DNA of 64,000 bases, from contig CAVOIC010000001.1 in NCBI GenBank assembly GCA_963695985.1, positions 33,188 through 97,187 on the forward strand, read 5' to 3'. The notes under the pieces are model-generated. The model worked only from the letters and a program-made list of their open reading frames with translations, was not told where the DNA came from and made no database searches. This document shows positions 53,672-62,707 of the stretch, piece after piece (position 1 is the stretch's first letter; every line of letters starts with the position of its first letter). The position numbers and the translations under genes were made by a program. Source of the stretch: an uncultured Gammaproteobacteria bacterium (GTDB lineage: Bacteria > Pseudomonadota > Gammaproteobacteria > Steroidobacterales > Steroidobacteraceae).

Positions 53672-54099
53672 GCTACCTGAGCACAAACATGCCGGCTCCG
53701 GTGCCCGATATCGATGACGCGCCGTTCTGGGAGGCCGCTGCGCGCCAGCGACTTATTTTCCAACGCTGCGTCAGCTGCAACACGCATCGGCATCCACCAT
53801 CGCCGATGTGCCCGAACTGCCAATCGGCCCGAAGTGAGTGGACTGAAGCGCCGCCAAGAGGTGAGCTTTTCTCCTATACCGTCACTCACGTCGCGCCACA
53901 TCCGGAACTTCGAGATCGGACGCCTTATGTGGTCGCCCTTGTTTGCTTCCCGACGCTCGACAACGTGCGCATCGTGACCAACATAGTCGATGCAGCGCCG
54001 GAGGAGCTTCAGATCGGCGTCGAAGTTGAGCTCGCGTGGGAGCCGATTGGCGCGGAAATGTGGGTTCCGCGATTCAAATTTGTGAGGGGCCCTCGGTAG
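53668..54099 (+). CDS. Zn-ribbon / OB-fold DUF35 protein
   Basis: FWEAAARQRLIFQRCVSCNTHRHPPSPMCPNC (a rubredoxin-like Zn ribbon) is followed by an OB fold. There is a 4-nt overlap with the thiolase gene. Confidence 0.85.
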   Translation: MSYLSTNMPAPVPDIDDAPFWEAAARQRLIFQRCVSCNTHRHPPSPMCPNCQSARSEWTEAPPRGELFSYTVTHVAPHPELRDRTPYVVALVCFPTLDNVRIVTNIVDAAPEELQIGVEVELAWEPIGAEMWVPRFKFVRGPR

Positions 54100-54111
54100 A
54101 GGGCTGGCGCG

Positions 54112-55098
54112 GTGAAAGCGGTACTAATGAGGCAACACGGGTCGCTTGATGGTCTATACATAGGCGATCTGCGCGAGCCCGTGCCCGGGGCCGGCGACCT
54201 GTTGATTAGCGTAAAGGCCGCAGGCGTCAATCCGGCAGACTGGAAGATCATCGAACGAGGATTTCCAGGCTGGACGTATCCGAAGGCGATCGGCCTCGAT
54301 GTTGCCGGCGTCGTTGCGGCTACCGGGGCGGGGGTCACCGGCTTTGTGCCGGGAGACCGGGTCTACTACCACGGAAGCTTCGCGGGTCTGGGCGCTTATG
54401 CGGAACAGGTTGTCACACCCAGCCATGTCGTCGCCAAACTGCCCGACTCGGTCGCATATGAGGTCGCGGCAGCGATTCCGACCGCAGGCTTTACCGCCTT
54501 TCAAGTTATCGAAGAGCGCTTTCGCCTCGGGCCACAGAACATCGCATTGATTCATGCTGGGGCCGGAGGTGTGGGCGGGATTGCCATCCAATTGACGAAG
54601 CGCAAGCGCGCGACCGTCATTACCACGTGTTCTGCCGAGAACGCGAGCTACGTTCGGCGCCTCGGCGCCGATCACCACGTCGACTATGTCAAAGAGGATC
54701 TCGCAAAGCGCGTTGCGGAGCTGACCAATGGGCGCGGCGTTGACGCGATCCTCGACACGGTCGGTCCTAGTGTGGGCGGCAGGGCGATCGCCATGCTCGC
54801 CTTCCAGGGCCATCTAGCGTGTTGCGCGGGTCTGCCTGATTTAGCGTCGCTGCAACCGTTGCCGCGTGGTGTACAGATCGCGGACATTGCTCTGGGTTGG
54901 GCGTATCTGAGCGGGGATACGCGGGCACAGACGAGGCTAGCGCACTACGGCGAGGAGATGGCCAAGCTCGTGGCTGCAGGCGCGGTGGATCCCATGATCG
55001 CAGAAGTGGTCGAATTCGATCGGGCCATCGACGCGCTCAAGAGAAGCAGATTGGGTCGCCAGCGCGGCAAGCTCGTGATCCGCGTGGCGTCAGCGTGA
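54112..55098 (+). CDS. Zinc-type alcohol dehydrogenase / quinone oxidoreductase (MDR) family protein
   Basis: AAGVNPADWK and ..IHAGAGGVGGIAIQL (Rossmann) are present. The product is 328 aa. Confidence 0.85.
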   Translation: MKAVLMRQHGSLDGLYIGDLREPVPGAGDLLISVKAAGVNPADWKIIERGFPGWTYPKAIGLDVAGVVAATGAGVTGFVPGDRVYYHGSFAGLGAYAEQVVTPSHVVAKLPDSVAYEVAAAIPTAGFTAFQVIEERFRLGPQNIALIHAGAGGVGGIAIQLTKRKRATVITTCSAENASYVRRLGADHHVDYVKEDLAKRVAELTNGRGVDAILDTVGPSVGGRAIAMLAFQGHLACCAGLPDLASLQPLPRGVQIADIALGWAYLSGDTRAQTRLAHYGEEMAKLVAAGAVDPMIAEVVEFDRAIDALKRSRLGRQRGKLVIRVASA

Positions 55099-55105
55099 AC
55101 CTGGG

Positions 55106-55906
55106 GTGCGACGAATGAACGACAACTTCGATATGGGGGGTCGAGTGGTGCTGGTGACAGGCGCCGGTCAGGGCGTCGGCCTGCGGACGGCAGAGCTGCT
55201 GGCTGAACACCATTCGGGCGCTGTTGTGGTGAATGACTATCATCTGGAACGCGCAAAGGCGGCGGCCGCTCGCATTGAATCCCTCGGTGTCCGCGCACTG
55301 GCAGTTCAGGCCGACGTCGGCGATTTCGCCCAGGTGCAGGCGATGTTCCGCGCGGCACACGAGAAATTCGGTCGCGTCGATGTGCTGGTAAACAACGCGG
55401 GAAACGCCGGTCCAATCGCGGATACGGCGGCTCACATGAATCAATTCTGGGAAACGACGCCGCAAGAGTGGCAGCTGTGGCTGCACACCAATCTCTACGG
55501 CGTCATGATGTGCACCCACGCAGCGATGCCGGGTATGGTCGAGCGCAACTACGGCAGGATCGTAACCGTCATTTCGGACGCCGGCCGTCTGGGCGAGCCA
55601 CATCTTGCCGTCTATTCGGCCGCGAAGGGAGGAGCCGCGTCGTTCATGCGCGCGATCGCGAAAGCAGGCGCGCGCTACGGCATTGCCGCGAACTGCGTCT
55701 CTCTGGGTGCGATGTCGACGCCGGCGCTGGAGGCACGATTGTCGGATCCCGAGCGACGCAAGAAGATACTGAGCCACTATCTGGTGCGCCGGTTGGGAAC
55801 GGCCGACGACGCCGCGCTGGCCATTCTTTATCTCGCGTCCGACGCCGCTTCTTGGGTTACCGGACAGACCCTTCCGGTGAACGGCGGCTATGCGCTCTCC
55901 ATGTAA
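55106..55906 (+). CDS. SDR-family oxidoreductase (FabG-like)
   Basis: VLVTGAGQGVG, NNAG, YSAAKGG and a C-terminal VNGG are present. The start is either GTG 55106 or ATG 55115. Confidence 0.9.
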   Translation: MRRMNDNFDMGGRVVLVTGAGQGVGLRTAELLAEHHSGAVVVNDYHLERAKAAAARIESLGVRALAVQADVGDFAQVQAMFRAAHEKFGRVDVLVNNAGNAGPIADTAAHMNQFWETTPQEWQLWLHTNLYGVMMCTHAAMPGMVERNYGRIVTVISDAGRLGEPHLAVYSAAKGGAASFMRAIAKAGARYGIAANCVSLGAMSTPALEARLSDPERRKKILSHYLVRRLGTADDAALAILYLASDAASWVTGQTLPVNGGYALSM

Positions 55907-55933
55907 CTCTCCGAAATAGCCGCGACATCCACC

Positions 55934-56923
55934 ATGCGTGACCCGATATTTTCCACAAGAATTACCAAACTGTTCGACATTCGCCACCCCATTCTGTGCG
56001 GTGGCATGCTGCACCTCTCGGACGCTCGCTACGTGGCGGCAGTCGTCAATGCCGGAGGCATGGGTTTCATTGGCGCGTGGAACTTTCCCGACCCCGGCGA
56101 ATTCCTGAGCGAAGTCCGCATGTGCCGGGAACTGACCGAGGGCAAGCCCTTTGGAGTGAATATTTCCGTATCGCGGCGCCCCGGCGTCAACGAGTTGTTG
56201 AAGCCGCACGTCGACATCGTGATCCGCGAGGGTGTCAAGTACGTCGAGACCTCGGGTTCGAGCCCAGCGCACATCCTCGGCCCGCTGCAGGGCGCCGGCG
56301 TGAAGGTCATTCACAAAGTGCCGTCGGTGCGCTACGCACTGACCGCGCAGCGCGAGGGAGTCGACGCGATTACAGTGGTTGGTGCGGAATGCGGCGGCCA
56401 TCCGGGTTACATGATGACGGGCACCATGGTGCAGGCGGGCCTGGCAGCCGAGCAAATCAGCGTGCCGCTGGTGCTCGCGGGAGGAATCGGCACGGGGCGG
56501 CAGATCGCAGGTGCATTGGCGATGGGTGCCGATGGGGTACTGCTCGGGTCGCGCATGCTGGTGGCAGAGGAGCTTCGTTCGCACCCGCGATACAAGCAGC
56601 GAGTGATCGAGGGTCGCGGCGAGGACAGCTGCATCGTGATGGCGTCGTTCAAACGCCATCACCGCGTGCTGCACAATGACGCCGCAGGGAAGGTACTGGA
56701 GATGGAAGCGGCAGGCATCAAGGACATCGATGCCTACACCGGGCTGATTTCCGGAACACAGGTGCGCAAGGCCTACGAAACCGGCGACTACTCAATCGGG
56801 ATGCTTGATTACGGCCAGGCGGTCGCGTTCGCGAAAGAGATCAAGCCAGTCGAGGCGATTTTCGATGAACTGATCGACGGAATGATTGCGGCCAGGCGCC
56901 GCTTTGCCACGTTGATGGTGTGA
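55934..56923 (+). CDS. Nitronate monooxygenase / FMN-dependent enoyl reductase (NMO, FabK-like) family protein
   Basis: ITKLFDIRHPILCGGM..., ..AGGIGTGRQIAGALAMGADGVLLGSR are typical of the NMO family. Confidence 0.85.
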   Translation: MRDPIFSTRITKLFDIRHPILCGGMLHLSDARYVAAVVNAGGMGFIGAWNFPDPGEFLSEVRMCRELTEGKPFGVNISVSRRPGVNELLKPHVDIVIREGVKYVETSGSSPAHILGPLQGAGVKVIHKVPSVRYALTAQREGVDAITVVGAECGGHPGYMMTGTMVQAGLAAEQISVPLVLAGGIGTGRQIAGALAMGADGVLLGSRMLVAEELRSHPRYKQRVIEGRGEDSCIVMASFKRHHRVLHNDAAGKVLEMEAAGIKDIDAYTGLISGTQVRKAYETGDYSIGMLDYGQAVAFAKEIKPVEAIFDELIDGMIAARRRFATLMV

Positions 56924-56971
56924 GGAACGCTTCGGGAATCAGAATGAAGCGTTCTCTCCGGAGTCAGGAGC

Positions 56972-58528
56972 GTGAGGGCAATCGATTTCTTTGACCGCTC
57001 CGCGGAGTATTTTGCCGATCGCTCTTGCGTGCGCGACGAGTGCGACGACTTCTCGTACGCAGAGGTCCGGCGCCGCTCGCTCAAGCTGGCACGGAGGCTT
57101 GTCGCCGAGGGTCTTGCCGAAGAGGCCAAGGTCGGCGTCCTATGCCCCAACGTCGCCGCAGCAATTCCGGCGGTCCTCGGTGTCATCAGGTCGGGTTGCT
57201 CGTGGCTGCCTGTAAATGCCCGCAATTCGATGGCCGACAACGTTTCGATTCTGACCAATAACGACTGCGAGTGGCTGCTATATCACAGCGATCACGAAGT
57301 GATGGCGGAATACCTGCTGGCGCAATGTCCCGGCACCAAGGGTGCCATCTGTATCGACGGTGCGAGCAAGCTCGGGCCCGCCCTGGACGAATGGGTCCGG
57401 GCGTGCGACGAGCAGGCGGTCGAGCGCGGACTCGGCCGGGATCACGTCTACAAACTCGCCCTGAGCGGCGGTACTACCGGCACGCCCAAAGGGGTCATGC
57501 ATACGAATCTGAACGCTCAAGTCATGATCTCGAGCCTCCTGCTGACATTCCCGCATACGCGACCGCCAGTGTTCCTGTGCGCTGCGCCGGTGACCCATGC
57601 GGCCGGGAATCTCTGCCTGTGGATATTGGCCGCGGGAGGCACCATCGCACTGATGCAGAAAGCAGATGCCGGTCTCATGCTCAAGAACATTGAAGCGTAC
57701 GGCGCAACGACGCTGTTTGCACCGCCGACCGTTATCTACAACATGCTCGCTCATGCGGATCTTCAGCGATTCGACTATTCGAGTATCGAGTACTTCCTGT
57801 ACGGCGCTGCGCCTATGTCGGTGCCGAAGCTGAAGCAGGCAATTGCGACCTTTGGGCTCAAGATGGCGCAGATCTATAGTCAGGCGGAAGCCACGATGGC
57901 CCTGACATTCCTGCGCCGCGAAGATCACGACGTCATCGGCGATCCCGAGAAGGAACAACGTCTGCGCAGCGCGGGCAGGCCTGGACCCTTGGTGCGCATT
58001 CGGATCGTTGACGAGAAAGGAGGCGAACTACCACCTGGAAAGCGAGGCGAACTCGTGGTTCACAGTGATCTGATCTGCAAGGGCTACTACAAGAACCCGG
58101 AAGCGACGGCTGCAGTCATGCGTGACGGGTGGCTGATGACGGGTGACATCGCCTATCGCGACGATGCGGGATTTGTCTACCTCGTGGATCGCAAACGGGA
58201 CCTCATCATCACCGGCGGCTTCAACGTCTATCCGAGCGAGGTCGAGCAGGTGATCTCGGAGTTGCCGGGAGTCCTCGACGTGGCCGTCGTCGGCGCGCCT
58301 GACGACAAATGGGGTGAAAGTGTCGTTGCGGTGGTCGCGCTGCGCCCGGACGAGCAGATCAGCGAAGACCGCGTGATCCAGCACTGTAAGACGCGGCTAG
58401 GCAGCGTCAAGGCACCGAAGCGCGTCGAGTTCCGGTCGAGCCTGCCGAAGAGCGCTAACGGCAAAGTGCTGAAGCGCATGGTGCGCGAGGAATTCTGGAA
58501 GGACCGCGACAACCAGCTGACGGCATAG
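56972..58528 (+). CDS. AMP-dependent acyl-CoA synthetase/ligase
   Basis: The AMP-binding motif LSGGTTGTPKGV, then GWLMTGDIAYRDDAGFVYLVDRKRDLI and the C-terminal ..PKSANGKVLKR are present. Confidence 0.9.
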   Translation: MRAIDFFDRSAEYFADRSCVRDECDDFSYAEVRRRSLKLARRLVAEGLAEEAKVGVLCPNVAAAIPAVLGVIRSGCSWLPVNARNSMADNVSILTNNDCEWLLYHSDHEVMAEYLLAQCPGTKGAICIDGASKLGPALDEWVRACDEQAVERGLGRDHVYKLALSGGTTGTPKGVMHTNLNAQVMISSLLLTFPHTRPPVFLCAAPVTHAAGNLCLWILAAGGTIALMQKADAGLMLKNIEAYGATTLFAPPTVIYNMLAHADLQRFDYSSIEYFLYGAAPMSVPKLKQAIATFGLKMAQIYSQAEATMALTFLRREDHDVIGDPEKEQRLRSAGRPGPLVRIRIVDEKGGELPPGKRGELVVHSDLICKGYYKNPEATAAVMRDGWLMTGDIAYRDDAGFVYLVDRKRDLIITGGFNVYPSEVEQVISELPGVLDVAVVGAPDDKWGESVVAVVALRPDEQISEDRVIQHCKTRLGSVKAPKRVEFRSSLPKSANGKVLKRMVREEFWKDRDNQLTA

Positions 58529-58555
58529 CGTTCGCGCGACTCGCCTGTCAGAACG

Positions 58556-59314
58556 CTACTTTGACTCTTTGGTCAGAAAGGGTGCGATGCGGTTCAAGAA
58601 GTCTTCCGATTTGAAGCAATTCTCCTGCGTGATTGCTTCGAACTCGAGTGTCTGCTCGAGCGTGATCGGCATGTTCTGCAAGAACTGTTTTGTGAAGGCG
58701 AATGCGCGTTTCGGCTGATGTGCCAGCAGCTGTGCAACCTTCAAGGCGGTTGACTGTACCTGATCGTCCTCGACCACCCGATCGACCAGGCCGATCTCCA
58801 GCGCGCGCGCAGAATCCACCAGCTCCGCCATCAAGAATAGCTCGCGCGCCCTGGATGTGCCGACGCGGCGGCTGACGGTAAACATAGTGCCCCAATCGGG
58901 AACGAAGCCGATCTTCAGGAACGAGAATCCGATCCGTGCAGATCGCCCCATGACGATATGGTCGCAGCACATGGCAAGAGCGAGGCCCCCGCCAACACCT
59001 ACGCCTTCAATGGCAGCCACCGCAGGCTTGTCGAAGCTGCAGAGCTTCAGCACCAGCTTGTGACCCCTTTTCAGATATTGCCGGAATTCGGTCTTGTCGA
59101 CCTGCATCAATCCCTGGAGGTCGCCGCCCGCACTGAACTCCCCTCCCGCACCCGATAGAATCAGTGCTGCGACGCCGGGATCGGTCGTCAGCGCTTCGAT
59201 TCGCTCGGTCAGCGCCTCGCGCATCGCCGCATTCATCGCGTTCTTCTTGCCGGGCTGGCTCATCACGAGCTGGACGATGCCCGGCGCGGCAAGCCGCTCC
59301 TCGAGATATTTCAT
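58556..59314 (-). CDS. Enoyl-CoA hydratase/isomerase family protein
   Basis: LSGAGGEFSAGGDL and AAIEGVGVGGGLALAMCCD are present. There is a 4-nt overlap with the upstream TetR gene. Confidence 0.9.
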   Translation of the reverse strand: MKYLEERLAAPGIVQLVMSQPGKKNAMNAAMREALTERIEALTTDPGVAALILSGAGGEFSAGGDLQGLMQVDKTEFRQYLKRGHKLVLKLCSFDKPAVAAIEGVGVGGGLALAMCCDHIVMGRSARIGFSFLKIGFVPDWGTMFTVSRRVGTSRARELFLMAELVDSARALEIGLVDRVVEDDQVQSTALKVAQLLAHQPKRAFAFTKQFLQNMPITLEQTLEFEAITQENCFKSEDFLNRIAPFLTKESK

Positions 59315-59976
59315 CGCCCGCGGGCCCTGCGGGCATCGGGCCTTGCGATCCCGTCGAAGACGAACTTGATGAGCTCGTCGGCGATCTGCTCGCCACCCAT
59401 CTGGCCCTCCGAGGAATACCAGTGGTGGATGTTGCGGATCGCGCCCATCACGAAGAATTCGATAAGCCGCGGATCGCAGTCGCGAAACTGGCCTCCGGCG
59501 ATACCCTCCTGCACGAATCCCCGGAAGACTCGATTCCAGTTACGGCGGTTATCCTGCACCGTGGCGAGATGTTCCGGACTGAGCGCGCTGTCCTCAGACA
59601 TGAGGCCGCCTCCACCAAGCTTTTCGATCAGGCTGACCGTGTAATGGCGAAGCAGCATCTCGAGTTTTTCCCTGCCATTCTTGCCGTTCTTTTCCGCGTA
59701 CGCCCGCGCCTCGGCGCCATACTGGAACGCAAGTTGGTAGCAAAGAAACAGCAATTCCTGCTTGTTCTTGACGTAGTAGTAAACGACGGCCTTGCTGACG
59801 TTCAGGAACTTGGCGACGTCGTCCATCGATGTGTTGGCATAGCCCTTCTTGCGGAAGATCTGACTCGCCGTAGCCACCAGCGCCCGCCGCTTAGCCTCGT
59901 GGACTTCCTGGCGCGTTACCCCGACGCCGATCCATTTCGCATTCCGAGTCTCATTCGTCAGCTGATTGCGTGCCAT
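59311..59976 (-). CDS. TetR/AcrR-family transcriptional regulator
   Basis: The N-terminal HTH reads ASQIFRKKGYANTSMDDVAKFLNVSKAVVYYYVKNK. Confidence 0.9.
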   Translation of the reverse strand: MARNQLTNETRNAKWIGVGVTRQEVHEAKRRALVATASQIFRKKGYANTSMDDVAKFLNVSKAVVYYYVKNKQELLFLCYQLAFQYGAEARAYAEKNGKNGREKLEMLLRHYTVSLIEKLGGGGLMSEDSALSPEHLATVQDNRRNWNRVFRGFVQEGIAGGQFRDCDPRLIEFFVMGAIRNIHHWYSSEGQMGGEQIADELIKFVFDGIARPDARRARGR

Positions 59977-60101
59977 GTGTCGAGCCGTCCGATGTGTGCT
60001 GGAACTGTGATGGTTCGGGTCGCGAGCGCAATTCTAAGGCCTGCGTAGCGTCCCATCCATGTGACGCATCTACCACCATACGGGCCAGTAGCATATTATA
60101 T

Positions 60102-60116
60102 CTTTCCAGTAGAAAG
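60102..60116. promoter_or_regulatory. Short inverted repeat CTTTC-CAGTA-GAAAG with flanking CCAGTAG direct repeat (candidate TetR site)
   Basis: It lies in the AT-rich part of the tetR/aldehyde dehydrogenase divergent region. CCAGTAG occurs at 60085-60091 and 60106-60112, 21 bp apart. The arms are only 5 bp. Confidence 0.25.
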
Positions 60117-60165
60117 TTTGACGAAGAAATAATGACAATCGATTGCGCGACTGCGGGGTCCGTCG

Positions 60166-61611
60166 ATGGGTGAATTCGCCGAGCTTGGTCATTTCGTCCA
60201 TGGGAAGGTCGTGGCTACCGGTGACGGTGGAGTCATTCCGCTTATTAACCCTGCTAACGGTCAGACCGTCGCAACTATTCCTCAGGCAAGCGAGCAGCTA
60301 CTTGCGACAGCGGTGGAATCGTCGCGCCACGGTTTCGCAAACTGGTCCAGGACGTCTGCCTACGACCGCGCCAAAGTTCTCCGACACGCTGCGCAGCTTA
60401 TTCGTGAGCGCATCGAGATGCTCGCGCGAATCATGACGACCGAGCAAGGTAAACCGCTCGCAGAGTCGCGTGTGGAGTGGTTGATGTGCGCGGACGCCTT
60501 TGAGTGGGCCGGGGACGAGGGCCGCCGAGTCTATGGCCGCGTCATACCGTCACGCGCAATCGGCGTCAGTCAGGTGGTGCACAAGTTCCCGATCGGTCCC
60601 GTCGCGGCCTTTACGCCCTGGAATTTCCCGGCGTTTTCGCCGACACAGAAGGTCGCCCCGGCCCTTGCCGCCGGCTGCTCGGTCATTCTCAAGCCCGCGT
60701 CAGATACGCCAGCGTCTTCGACCCATCTCGCACGCATTCTTCACGAGGCCGGCTTGCCGGACGGCGCGCTGAATGTCGTTCACGGCAAGGCGGCGATGGT
60801 CTCGCAGTGCCTGATCGAATCGCCGGTTGTTCGCAAAGTGTCCCTGACCGGCTCGGCCGACGTCGGGCGGACGCTCGCAGCCCAAGCGGGGCGGAATCTG
60901 AAGAAATGCACGATGGAGCTGGGCGGGCACGCACCAGTGATCATTCTGCGCGACGTCGAGGTGGAGCGCATCGCGCCGCTTGCCGTTGCGGCGAAGTATC
61001 GCAATGCCGGACAGGTTTGTACGTCGCCCACGCGTTTCTTGATTGAAGATCCGGTATACGACCGCTTCGTATCCGGTTTCTTGGCACATGCCGCTGCCAT
61101 CCGCACGGGTGACGGCCTTGCGGATGGAGTGCAGATGGGCCCGCTCGTCAGCACGCGACAAATGCATACCATGATGCGGCTGGTCGAAGACGCCCGCTCG
61201 CGAGGCGCGACGGTGTCGCTCGGCGGCAGGCGCATCGAGGTGGATCAAGGTGGGTTCTTTTTTGAGCCGACCGTCATCGAGAAAGTACCGGACGATGCTC
61301 AAGTACAGCACGAAGAGCCATTTGGCCCGATCGCCATCATGATTCGCGTGCAAGATGTTGATGAGGCAGTCCGGCGCGCGAACGCTTTGCCATTCGGACT
61401 GGCCGCCTACTGCTTCACCAAGGATTCAACCCACATCGATCGCATCTCTCGCGAAGTCGAGGCTGGCATGCTCGCATTCAACCAGTTCCAGGCCGGCGCG
61501 ATCGAAGCGCCATTCGGCGGGGTCAAGGATTCCGGCTTCGGCGCGGAAGGAGGCACCGAGGGAATCGACGGTTACCTCGTTACGAAGTTCGTCTCGCATC
61601 GTGCTCTCTGA
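60166..61611 (+). CDS. NAD(P)-dependent aldehyde dehydrogenase (succinate-semialdehyde dehydrogenase-like)
   Basis: FTPWNFP, MELGGHAP, the catalytic Cys region (NAGQVCTSPTR) and EEPFGP are present. Confidence 0.9.
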   Translation: MGEFAELGHFVHGKVVATGDGGVIPLINPANGQTVATIPQASEQLLATAVESSRHGFANWSRTSAYDRAKVLRHAAQLIRERIEMLARIMTTEQGKPLAESRVEWLMCADAFEWAGDEGRRVYGRVIPSRAIGVSQVVHKFPIGPVAAFTPWNFPAFSPTQKVAPALAAGCSVILKPASDTPASSTHLARILHEAGLPDGALNVVHGKAAMVSQCLIESPVVRKVSLTGSADVGRTLAAQAGRNLKKCTMELGGHAPVIILRDVEVERIAPLAVAAKYRNAGQVCTSPTRFLIEDPVYDRFVSGFLAHAAAIRTGDGLADGVQMGPLVSTRQMHTMMRLVEDARSRGATVSLGGRRIEVDQGGFFFEPTVIEKVPDDAQVQHEEPFGPIAIMIRVQDVDEAVRRANALPFGLAAYCFTKDSTHIDRISREVEAGMLAFNQFQAGAIEAPFGGVKDSGFGAEGGTEGIDGYLVTKFVSHRAL

Positions 61612-61630
61612 AAACAGCCCGCTCGGCGCG

Positions 61631-62707
61631 ATGACCGGCACCCTTGTTCTCGACCCGAACCGCCTGCGTGAGGTCGTCGCTTCGATCTTCGAGTTCCACG
61701 GCTGCGCTCCAGGGGAGGCGAACGCTGTAACCCGCCATCTACTCGAAGCGGACCTTTATGGGCATCCGAGTCACGGTTGCGGGCTGGTGCCGCTGTATAT
61801 CGCAAACCTGATCAAGGGCGAGGTGCTACCCAACCAGACTCTGCAGCGGCTACCGCCCGGGCAGGGCTTTCTGCTGTTCGACGGGGGCAGTGGCTTCGGC
61901 CAGTCGCTCGGCATGCAGCTGGTAGAACAGGTCCTCGCTCACTCAAAGGACGCCGGCATCGCAGTATTCGGACTGCGCAACGCGCACCACCTCGGACGAA
62001 TCGGCGACTACGGTGAACGGTTCGCCGCGGCGGACTTTGCGTCAGTCATGTTCGTGAATACTGTGAGCCGACCAATCGTCGCGCCGTTTGGCGGGGCGGA
62101 GGCACGGATGGGCACGAATCCCGTCTGCATCTCTGTCCCGCGGCGTAATTTGCCTCCGATCGTGCTGGATTTCGCTACCAGCGCGATCGCCGTAGGGAAG
62201 TGCAGGGTGGCTCTTGAAAAAGGCGAGCCGATTCCGCAGGGCATGGCCGTGAATGCAGCGGGCGAGCCAACCACAGATCCGGGCGTGCTTTATGCGTCGC
62301 CACAGGGAGCGCTTAGGCCGATGGGGGGATACAAGGGCTCAGGGCTCAACCTGATGAGCGAGCTCCTTGCTGCGTGTATTGGCGGTCTCACCATGTCGGA
62401 CGCTCGTCCGCAATCAGGCAGCGTAATCAATAGCCTGGTTGGTATGTGCTTTCGCACGGCACAGCTGCCCGACGCCCTCGAGCACATCGAGTCGGTGGTC
62501 CGGTATTTCCTGGCGACACGGCCGGCGCGCGAAGACGGGCCGGTCAAGTTGCCGGGTGCGACTGAGCGGGAAGCTTACATGCAGCGCCGCGCCGCAGGCG
62601 TGCCGATGGCGCGATCGACCTGGGCAGCCATCGCCGAGCTCGCGCGCGGGGCAAAGGTTCCCGAGGTCGAGATTCGCGGGGTGGCCGTTGCGGGTCACGA
62701 CCACTAA
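61631..62707 (+). CDS. Ldh family 2 (malate/L-lactate/ureidoglycolate dehydrogenase-type) oxidoreductase
   Basis: From ATG 61631, ..LLEADLYGHPSHG.., NAHHLGRIG, ..APFGG.EARMGTNP and GYKGSGLNLM are typical Ldh_2 motifs. Confidence 0.85.
   Translation: MTGTLVLDPNRLREVVASIFEFHGCAPGEANAVTRHLLEADLYGHPSHGCGLVPLYIANLIKGEVLPNQTLQRLPPGQGFLLFDGGSGFGQSLGMQLVEQVLAHSKDAGIAVFGLRNAHHLGRIGDYGERFAAADFASVMFVNTVSRPIVAPFGGAEARMGTNPVCISVPRRNLPPIVLDFATSAIAVGKCRVALEKGEPIPQGMAVNAAGEPTTDPGVLYASPQGALRPMGGYKGSGLNLMSELLAACIGGLTMSDARPQSGSVINSLVGMCFRTAQLPDALEHIESVVRYFLATRPAREDGPVKLPGATEREAYMQRRAAGVPMARSTWAAIAELARGAKVPEVEIRGVAVAGHDH

Noticed and set aside
55037-56674. 545-aa minus-strand ORF opposite the SDR and NMO genes
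   Set aside because: This is another antisense shadow ORF. The plus-strand products have clear SDR and NMO signatures.
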